A stretch of DNA of 64,000 bases, taken from Candidatus Hodarchaeota archaeon. GTDB lineage: Archaea > Asgardarchaeota > Lokiarchaeia > Sigyniarchaeales > SOKP01. Location of the stretch: the NCBI GenBank assembly GCA_048887225.1, contig JBHLJY010000007.1, forward strand, positions 1 through 64,000, in the 5' to 3' direction. Position numbers and translations under genes: made by a program. Positions 11,801 through 20,000 of this stretch are shown here, in pieces (the first letter of the stretch is position 1; each line of letters opens with the position of its first letter). The notes beneath the pieces were generated by a model that searched no databases, was not told the DNA's origin, and worked only from the letters and a program-made list of their open reading frames with translations.

Positions 11801-14800
11801 AAAATAATGGTTGCGGAATAATTATTTATGATGGTGATCATAACGTAATTTCTGGAAATACTGCAAATAATAATTATGGTGAATTTTTAGAGGGAAATGC
11901 ATTCCTAATCTTTCTGCTAAATGAACTTGATTTATGTGGAAGTGGTATAATATTAGGATTTTTACTCGGAGGTAGTAATATTAACACTGTTTCGGGAAAT
12001 ACCGCAAATAACAACAGTAATCATGGGATAGGTTTAGTGAAGAGTAATAATAACATCATCTCGGGAAACACCGCAAACAACAACGATAATGGGATATATT
12101 TAAATGGTGATAATAACGATATTTTGGGAAACACCATAAATAAAAATAAGATCGGGATATTTCTAGAAGAATTTTGGTTTCTTGATATTTATTTTTTTTC
12201 TTGTGACGACAACATCATCTCGGGAAATACAGCAACTGACAACACTAAATATGGGATATATTTACTAAATTGCGATAATAACGATATTTTGGGAAACACT
12301 ATAAATGAAAATAAGATCGGGACATTTTTAGTGAACTCAAATGAAAATATTTTACATAATAATATCATCTATGAAAATTCAATAGGTATTTACATTTGGT
12401 CCTCAAGTGAAAATATTGTAACTGAGAATGTTTTTGGTAAAAATGATCAGTATGGTATTTTAATTCTGGGACCATCGTCATATAATACATTTTATTTAAA
12501 TTCATTTTATGGAAGCTCAATTTGCCACGCGAGGTTTTGGCTTTATACAGGAACGGGAAATTCATGGGACAATGGAACTATTGGGAATTATTGGGATGAT
12601 TATACCGGTGTGGATGAGGATGATGACAATATCGGAGATACGCCCTATAATAAAAATGGTGTAATCGATAATTACCCAATTATTTGGGACGACGGGCAAA
12701 ATGGACGTAAACTTCATATTGATGATAATGCTTTAAATAACTGGGATTGGGCAAGTAGTCAAGCTTGGTGCTCTGGTTCTGGTACTTATGCTGACCCTTA
12801 TATAATTAAGGATCTTATAATTGATGGGGGTGGTTCGGGAAGTTGTATATTAATTGAAAATTCCAATGCATATTTTAGGATCGAAAATTGTACGGTCTAC
12901 AATTCGGGATTAGGGGTATCGGATGCGGGAATCAAATTATACAACACTACTAATGGAAAAATAATTAATAACAAATGTCCGCTAAATACTTACGGGATAT
13001 ATTTAGTGTTGAGTAATAATAACATAATTTCGAAAAACACCGTAACTTTCAACAGTAAGTATGGGATATATTTATTGTATAGTAGTGATAACACTGTCTC
13101 AGAAAACAGTGTATATTACAGCGGTTATGGGATATATTTAGTGTTGAGTAATAATAACATAATTTCGGAAAACATCGCAAAATACAACACTAAAGGGATT
13201 TATTTATATTATTGCAGCGATAATATCATCTCAGAAAACACTGTAAATAGCAACAATGATTATGGGATAAAATTAAAAATAAGTAATAACAACATTATTT
13301 CGGGAAACAAGGCGAATGATAATAAGAATTACGGGATATATTTATTGTATAGTATCGATAACATAGTCTCGGGAAACACCGCAAATGACAACGATTATGG
13401 GATATATTTAGTGTTGAGTAATAATATAATTTCGGAAAACATCGCAAAATACAACACTAAAGGGATTTATTTATATTATTGCAGCGATAACATCATCTCA
13501 GAAAACACCGTAAATAGCAACAACGATTATGGGATATCCTTAGTAAATTGTATCAATAACTATGTTTCGGGAAACACCGCAAATGACAACGATTATGGGA
13601 TATATTTAGTGATGAGTAATGATAACATAATTTCGGGAAACACCGCAAATGACAACGATTATGGGATATATTTATTGATGAGTAATGATAACACCATCTC
13701 TGGAAACATCGCAAACGACAATAACGATTATGGGATATTTTTATGGAGTAGTTATAATAATTATATTTCAGGGAATATTATGATTGAGTCAGGTTTAGGT
13801 TTTTACATTATCGGAAATAATCGTGAACAATACTCATCACATCACATTGATAATACAAATATGTTAAATGGAAAACCAATTTATTATTATGCCAATAAGA
13901 TAGGATTGAAACCGGCAAATTTCACTAATGCTGGACAAATAATCCTTGTCAACTGTAGGGATTCTATAATTTCAAATATAAATATATCTCATGTAGATAT
14001 TGGAATCTTACTATTATATAGCAGTAATAACACCATCTTAAGGTGTAATATGTCAGATAATGCTGAATACGGTATTTACCTATATTATTCCAACAATAAT
14101 ATACTTTCTGGAAATACTGCAAACAATAATAATGATCATGGGATATATTTAAAATATAGTAATGACAACACCATCTCGGAAAACATAGTTAATAATAACT
14201 TTTGTGGGATAAGGTTTGAAGATAGTGATAGCAACACCATTACGGGAAATACCGCAAACTACAACAATAGGAATGAAGATTATGTTGCTAATGGGATATG
14301 TTTAATGAGTAGTGATAAAAATTATATTTCAGGGAACACCGCAAACTACAACTCTAGAGGGATATATTTAAGGGGATGTGGTAACACCATCTCTGGAAAC
14401 ACTGCAAATTACAACCTTTATAGAGGGATAGATTTAGTTTATAGTAGAAATAATTATGTTTTGGGAAATATGGCAAATAATAATAGCCTAGGAGGCAACT
14501 TGCATGATAAAAACCGATGTGGGATAAGGTTAAAATTAAGCAAGAACAATATTATTTCTGGAAACATCGTAATCAACAACGTCGATTATGGGATACTTTT
14601 AATTAATAATGCTGATTCTAATACTATCACTAAAAATGTTATAATCGATAATAAAGGTGTAGGAGCTGGATGTGTCAAACAGTTAGAGACCTGTGAAAAC
14701 AATACCTTTTATCAAAATTTTTTCATTAACAATGGTTTACACGCTCAAGAGAACGGAACTATTACAAAATGGGACAATGGTTCTATTGGAAACTATTGGG

Positions 14801-17001
14801 ATAATTATACCGGTGTGGATGAGGATAATGACAATATCGGAGATTCACCATACACAGGAATTTTAGCTACTGCCGGCAGCCAAGACAATTACCCAATATA
14901 TCGGTACCATCATGGACCAATTTATATTGATGATAATGCCGAAAATAACTGGACTTGGGCAAGAGATCAATATTGGTGCTCTGGTTCTGGTACTGAATCT
15001 GATCCTTATATAATTCAGGATCTTATAATTAACGCTGGTGGTTCGGGAAGTGGTATATTAATTGAAAATTCCAACGTGTATTTTAAGATTGAAAATTGTG
15101 AAGTTTATAATTCAGGCTCAGATTTGTATGATGCGGGAATCAAATTAAACAACTCTAACAATGGAGAAATAATTTTTAACGACTGTTCGCAAAATTCTAA
15201 CGGGATATATTTAGTTTTGAGTAATAATAACATAATTTCGGAAAACACCGCAAATTACAACGGTAGGAACAGAAATAATAATATCTATTGTGGGATATGC
15301 TTAATCCATAGCAGTTATAATATAATTTCAGGAAATATCGCAAAATACAATATTAGAGGGATATATTTAGAGTTTGGTAGTAATCATAACACCGTCTCGG
15401 GAAATACTGCAAATAACAACATTCATTACGGGATAGACGTAGCTAGAAAAAGTTTCAACAATTATGTTTTGGAAAACACAGCAAATAACAATGACGTTGC
15501 TGGGATAAGAGTAAAACTGAATAGTCGCAACACAGTCTCGGGAAACACCGCAAACTACAACACAGGGATTGGGATATATATACAGATGAGTAATAACACC
15601 TATATCTCTGGAAATACTATTAATAATAATCGTGCCGGACTAGTTTTACAGCAGTGTAATAACAATTATATCACTGGAAATACTATTAATAACAATTTAG
15701 GTGTGTATTTATGGGCATATGGAGGTATAGCTTTATATGCGAGTGATAATAATATTATTTTGGGAAATACCGCAAACAAAAATAAGATCGGGATATTTCT
15801 AAAGGAAGGGGTACTTTTACATCCATTTTCTGATGAGTATTGCAATCTTAACACCATCTCGGGAAACATTGCTAATAATAATGTTCAGTACGGGATATCT
15901 TTGGATTATAGTATGGATAACACAGTCTCGGGAAACACCGCAAATAACAATGGACTTTCTGGGATATTTTTAGATGGATCTACTGATGAAGATTGCAATC
16001 GTAACACTATCTTGGGAAACATTGCTAATAATAATGTTCAGTACGGGATATATTTAAAGCATAGTCATATTAACACAGTCTCGGGAAACACCGCAAATAA
16101 CAATGGACTTTCTGGGATATTTTTAGTGAACTCAAATGAAAATATTTTACATAATAATATCATCATTGAAAATTCAAGAGGTGTTTGCATTTGGTCCTCA
16201 AGTGAAAATATTGTAACTGAGAATGTTTTTGGTAAAAATGATCAGTATGGTATTTTAATTCTGGGACCATCGTCATATAATACATTTTATTTAAATTCAT
16301 TTTATGGAAGCTCAATTTGCCACGCGAGGTTTTGGCTTTATACAGGAACGGGAAATTCATGGGATAATGGTTCTATTGGAAATTATTGGGATAATTATAC
16401 CGGTGTAGATGAGGATGATGACAATATCGGAGATTCACCATTCACAGGAATTTTAGGTAGTGCTGGTAACAAAGACAATTACCCTATATATCGCTACTAC
16501 CATGGACCAATTTATATAAATGATAACGCCGAGAATAACTGGGAATGGGCGAAAAAACAAATTTGGTGCTCTGGTTCTGGTACTCTGACTGATCCTTATG
16601 TAATTAAGGATCTTATAATTAAAGGTGGTCCTGTACCTGGAATTGGTATATCAATTAAAAATTCCGATGCGTACTTTAGGATCGAAAATTGTAAGGTTCA
16701 CCATTCAGGAACAGGAATTACATTAAAAAACACTAATAATGGAGAAATAATTAATAACGACGTTTCGCAAAATACAATCGGGATATCTTTAGAGAACTCA
16801 GATGGAAACACTTTAAGGGATAATCTCCTCGTTGATAATGTAATAGGTCTTATCATTAGGGATTCCTCAAACGAAAATAGTGTAATTGGAAATAGTTTTA
16901 CTAATAATCTAGGTGGCATTCTAATCGTGGTACCACAGTGGGACAATATAATTCATTCAAATTCATTTTATGGTGGCTCTTGGGACTTTTATTACGTTTA
17001 A
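8860..17001 (+). CDS. Giant secreted/N-anchored right-handed beta-helix (NosD/CASH/PbH1) repeat protein, 5 modules
   Basis: Basic then hydrophobic N-terminus; dozens of GIYL-x2-S-x-NN-x-ISGNTANNN coils; module head I(H/Y)IDD...NNW-x-WA...WCSGSGT-x2-DPY at ~9277, 10820, 12712, 14920, 16510; NosD-type tail WDNG-x-IGNYWDDY; ends WDFYYV. Confidence 0.88.
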   Translation: MIERLKKLLKSRKKTIIKVSVLIYVILSAYLLQTDAILSISRDKGKSDVEEEYNFTQMGNDPPFYFEIKDFFTDNLDDLIFHSSSSTPFIDEEIETAEININWLDVDDNDTTPFVSNVDLSRSLLKVASSINNGHDGSKIHINDNAENSWEWAITQVWCSGSGTESDPYVIKDLIINAGGSGSGLLIENSNAYFKIENCEIYNSGSYWYDAGIKLYNTTNGEIINNNCSLNANGIYLKYSNGNIVSGNLANNNNKKGISLGMSENNSISGNTAINNNKYGIFLSYSNKNNISRNIANCHSDYGISLLYSMDNTISGNTVNNNFCGIHLELSHYNTISGNTAYYNNRNEDYGAIGIRLYTSSYNIISGNTAKYNTRGIYLGFESNNNTVSGNTANNNIVRGIDSVRSINNYVLGNTANNNNEGGIRVKGHSRSTISGNIATISGNIANNNGGYGIYLQFTYNNTVLGNTANDNNGCGIFLQSSYSNTISGNTANNNCGEFLWASGGITLFMSDSNTILRNTANENNRYGIFLETCNNNYLLGNIVNENIFGIYLLYNLDNIISGTIINKNIEYGIDLYGGNNNLFYQNYFINNGLHAQDGGTNTIWDNGVIGNYWDDYTGVDEDNDNIGDTPYIKNGVIDNYPIIWDDGQNGRKLHIDDIALNNWDWASSQAWCSGSGTYADPYVIENLIIDGGDSGSCILIENSNAYFRIENCTVYNSGSYWYDAGIKLYNTNNGAIINNSCSLNANGIYLKYSNDNIVSGNLANNNNKKGIFLSHSDNNTLSGNIANDNNNFKGVDLDYRKDNQNKLEDIQANQDGEFGIYLYYSDDNTISGNIVNNNFDGIYLHYSDDNTISKNTAYYNNWHNRYLAIGIRLYHSNKNYISGNTAKYNSRGIYLGFDSNHNTVSGNNASNNINRGIDVVYSLYNNVSGNTANSNGEGGIRVKGQSRNIISGNTANHNSVFGICLQTSYINTVSRNTANENNGCGIIIYDGDHNVISGNTANNNYGEFLEGNAFLIFLLNELDLCGSGIILGFLLGGSNINTVSGNTANNNSNHGIGLVKSNNNIISGNTANNNDNGIYLNGDNNDILGNTINKNKIGIFLEEFWFLDIYFFSCDDNIISGNTATDNTKYGIYLLNCDNNDILGNTINENKIGTFLVNSNENILHNNIIYENSIGIYIWSSSENIVTENVFGKNDQYGILILGPSSYNTFYLNSFYGSSICHARFWLYTGTGNSWDNGTIGNYWDDYTGVDEDDDNIGDTPYNKNGVIDNYPIIWDDGQNGRKLHIDDNALNNWDWASSQAWCSGSGTYADPYIIKDLIIDGGGSGSCILIENSNAYFRIENCTVYNSGLGVSDAGIKLYNTTNGKIINNKCPLNTYGIYLVLSNNNIISKNTVTFNSKYGIYLLYSSDNTVSENSVYYSGYGIYLVLSNNNIISENIAKYNTKGIYLYYCSDNIISENTVNSNNDYGIKLKISNNNIISGNKANDNKNYGIYLLYSIDNIVSGNTANDNDYGIYLVLSNNIISENIAKYNTKGIYLYYCSDNIISENTVNSNNDYGISLVNCINNYVSGNTANDNDYGIYLVMSNDNIISGNTANDNDYGIYLLMSNDNTISGNIANDNNDYGIFLWSSYNNYISGNIMIESGLGFYIIGNNREQYSSHHIDNTNMLNGKPIYYYANKIGLKPANFTNAGQIILVNCRDSIISNINISHVDIGILLLYSSNNTILRCNMSDNAEYGIYLYYSNNNILSGNTANNNNDHGIYLKYSNDNTISENIVNNNFCGIRFEDSDSNTITGNTANYNNRNEDYVANGICLMSSDKNYISGNTANYNSRGIYLRGCGNTISGNTANYNLYRGIDLVYSRNNYVLGNMANNNSLGGNLHDKNRCGIRLKLSKNNIISGNIVINNVDYGILLINNADSNTITKNVIIDNKGVGAGCVKQLETCENNTFYQNFFINNGLHAQENGTITKWDNGSIGNYWDNYTGVDEDNDNIGDSPYTGILATAGSQDNYPIYRYHHGPIYIDDNAENNWTWARDQYWCSGSGTESDPYIIQDLIINAGGSGSGILIENSNVYFKIENCEVYNSGSDLYDAGIKLNNSNNGEIIFNDCSQNSNGIYLVLSNNNIISENTANYNGRNRNNNIYCGICLIHSSYNIISGNIAKYNIRGIYLEFGSNHNTVSGNTANNNIHYGIDVARKSFNNYVLENTANNNDVAGIRVKLNSRNTVSGNTANYNTGIGIYIQMSNNTYISGNTINNNRAGLVLQQCNNNYITGNTINNNLGVYLWAYGGIALYASDNNIILGNTANKNKIGIFLKEGVLLHPFSDEYCNLNTISGNIANNNVQYGISLDYSMDNTVSGNTANNNGLSGIFLDGSTDEDCNRNTILGNIANNNVQYGIYLKHSHINTVSGNTANNNGLSGIFLVNSNENILHNNIIIENSRGVCIWSSSENIVTENVFGKNDQYGILILGPSSYNTFYLNSFYGSSICHARFWLYTGTGNSWDNGSIGNYWDNYTGVDEDDDNIGDSPFTGILGSAGNKDNYPIYRYYHGPIYINDNAENNWEWAKKQIWCSGSGTLTDPYVIKDLIIKGGPVPGIGISIKNSDAYFRIENCKVHHSGTGITLKNTNNGEIINNDVSQNTIGISLENSDGNTLRDNLLVDNVIGLIIRDSSNENSVIGNSFTNNLGGILIVVPQWDNIIHSNSFYGGSWDFYYV
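10687..11012 (+). repeat. Near-identical intragenic direct repeat spanning a module junction, copy 1 (copy 2 at ~12580-12905)
   Basis: Both copies encode IGNYWDDYTGVDED...IIWDDGQNGRKLHIDD-x-ALNNWDWASSQAWCSGSGTYADPY...ENCTVYNS with few nucleotide differences. Confidence 0.85.
12393..12569 (+). repeat. 177-bp apparently exact direct repeat, copy 1 (copy 2 at 16188-16364)
   Basis: CATTTGGTCCTCAAGTG...GGGAAATTCATGGGA identical by eye; the ORF track shows matching antisense peptides at both sites. Confidence 0.9.
16603..17001 (+). repeat. About 400-bp intergenic repeat encoding the terminal module (copy at ~27095-27493)
   Basis: KDLIIKGGPVPGIGISIKNS...WDFYYV shared by the 2713-aa and 1474-aa genes, colinear with offset 10492. 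Confidence 0.9.
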
Positions 17002-17039
17002 AGATTATATAAAAGATTAAAGAAAAAAAAGAATAAGAA

Positions 17040-20000
17040 ATGATATCAAAAAACAAAAAGAAAATAATTCTTACCGTTGCGATACTTTCTATTGCGATGA
17101 TCTTAGCAAATATTCTTCAAGCAGGTACAGTTTCAATTGCTCCTCTAAAAACAAAAAATCTTTCTTCAGATGATATAGATGAGGAAACATATCAAGCCCC
17201 AGATAATGACGATGAAATAGAGACTGTTAGGACTGCAGGGATTATCGAAAGCCCAATTTATATTGATAATAATACTGAGAATAACTGGGATTGGGCAAAA
17301 GATCAAGGTTTGTGCTCTGGTTCTGGTACTGATATTGACCCTTATGTAATTGAGGATCTTATAATTGATGGTGGTGGTTCGGGAAGTTGTATATTAATTG
17401 AAAATTCCAATGCGCATTTTAGGATCGAAAATTGTACAGTTTATAATTCAGGCTCAGATTTGTATGATGCGGGAATCAGATTACACAATTCTATAAATGG
17501 AAAAATAATTAATAATGACTGTTCGCAAAATGCTAACGGGATATGTTTAGAGGATGGCTCAAGTTTCAACACTTTAAAAAATAATTTCATCGTTGAAAAT
17601 TATTATGGTATTTCAATTTGGACTTCAAGTGAAAATAATATAACTACAAATACTTTTAGCAATAATGATTATGGCATTTTAATACTGGGATCATCGTCAT
17701 ATAATACATTTTACTTAAATTCATTTTATTTAAGCTTTTATTTCCACGTTTTATATTTTTTTTGTCCAGGAACGGGAGATTCATGGGATAATGGTATTTT
17801 TGGAAATTACTGGGATGATTATATCGGTATAGATGAGGATGATGATGGTATCGGAGATACCCCGTATAATAAAAATTCTGTAATCGATAATTACCCAATT
17901 TGGGATGATGGGTATGATGGAACTCCAATTCATATTTATGATAATCCCTATAATACCTGGGAATGGGTGAGTACTTTATCTTGGTGCTCTGGTGATGGTA
18001 CAGAGGATGAACCTTATGTAATCCAGGATCTTATAATTGACGCTGGTGGATTGGGAAGTTGTATATTAATTGAAAATTCCGACGCATATTTTAGGATCGA
18101 AAATTGTACAGTTTACAATTCAGGATCGGGGTATGCGGGAATTAAATTATATAGCACTACTAATGGAGAAATAATTGATAACGAGTGTTCTTTAAATAGT
18201 TACGGGATATACCTAATGTCTAGTGATAATAACACAATCTCGGGAAACATTGCAAATAACAACTTTTATAGGGGGATATATTTGTCTTATAGTGATAGCA
18301 ACACAATCTCGGGAAACACTGCAAATGACAACGATTATTGGGGAATATATTTATATTTTAGTGAGAGCAACACAATTTCGGGAAACATTGCAAATGACAA
18401 CTTCTATAGGGGGATGTTTTTGTATTTTAGTGATAGTAACACAATCTCGGGAAACATCGTAAACAACAACGATCACGCAGGGATAGTTTTACTGGAATCA
18501 AATGACAATATTGTGATTAAAAATACTTTTTTTAATAATTTCTATAGCATTTACATTAGTGGAACATCTTCAGACAATGTTTTTTACTTAAATTCATTTT
18601 ATGGAAGCTTAGTAAAGCACGTTCGTTATGGGGTTTATTCAGGCACGGGAAATTCATGGGATAATGGTATTGCAGGAAACTATTGGAATGATTATAAAGA
18701 GATTTATCCAAATGCAACTAATAATGGAAATATTTGGGATATATCTTATGAAATCTATGAAGCTGTATCAGAATACGATAATTATCCATTAGTCCATCCA
18801 TATATAAGTTCAATTTATATAGATGATGACGCCGAAAATAACTGGGAATGGTCGAGAAACCAATATTGGTGCTCTGGTTCTGGTACATATACCGATCCTT
18901 ATGTAATAAAGGATCTTATAATTGACGCTGATGTCCCGGGCTATGGTTTATATATTAGAGATTCCGACGCTTATTTTAGAATCGAAAATTGTACGGTTTG
19001 CAATTCAGGACGATGGGCTGTTGGAATTAAATTAGTCAACACAAATAATGGAAAAATAATTAATAACAACTGTTCACTAAATAACTACGGGATATTTTTA
19101 TCAAATAGTGATAACAACACAATCTCGGGAAACACAGTGAATAACAACGATTACGGGATACGCTTTGTTGAAAGTAATAACAACACAGTTTCGGGGAACA
19201 CTGTAAATTACAACAACCAGTATGGGATATATATCTCGTCAAATAATGCAGTAAATCCCTGTCGCTATAACACCATATCGGAAAACAACTTTTCTAATAA
19301 TATCAAATATGGGATATATTTGTATTTTAGTGATAATAATACAATCTCGGGAAACATCGCAAATAACAACGGAGATGATGGAATAATGTTATATAGTAGT
19401 AATTTTAATGATGTCTCGTTTAATAACGCCAGTTTTAACGGTGATGATGGCATCCATTTAACGAAAACTTCCCAATATAATTCAATTTATAATAACAATG
19501 CATTCAATAATTCACTATATGGTATATGCTTGACGTATGCCAGTCATAATAATACTATCGAGAACAATATTTTGGTAGATAATCATAATCATGGTTTATG
19601 CATCTACACACTATGTAAGGATAATATAGATATTAATAATATAGAATATAGGACTTATGAACCGGACCCTGGAATTTCAGAAGCATATGCTCTTCTTATT
19701 GGAGGATCTGCTAATCCTTCAGCCCCTTATTGGTTAAAACCAATTATTATAGACAAATTTAAGATGAAACAAGAGAATATTTTTACATTAAAAACAGATG
19801 CAGATCATAACCAAATCGGTAATCTAACAAAAGAAATAGTTTACGAAGCTTTTGATAATATATCTAAATTAATTGATTCGAACGACATTTTCTTCTTTTT
19901 TATTTACGAGCATGGTGGTACGTCTGGTAATTTGTTAATGAGTTACTTCTCTTACAACCATGAAGATGGGAGTTTACAAGAAAGTTTAGATAAAATATAT

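Noticed and set aside
12325-16365. Near-identical repeat pairs read as template/variable repeats of a diversity-generating retroelement
   Set aside because: No reverse transcriptase in the window, both copies are coding, and the mismatches are not confined to adenines
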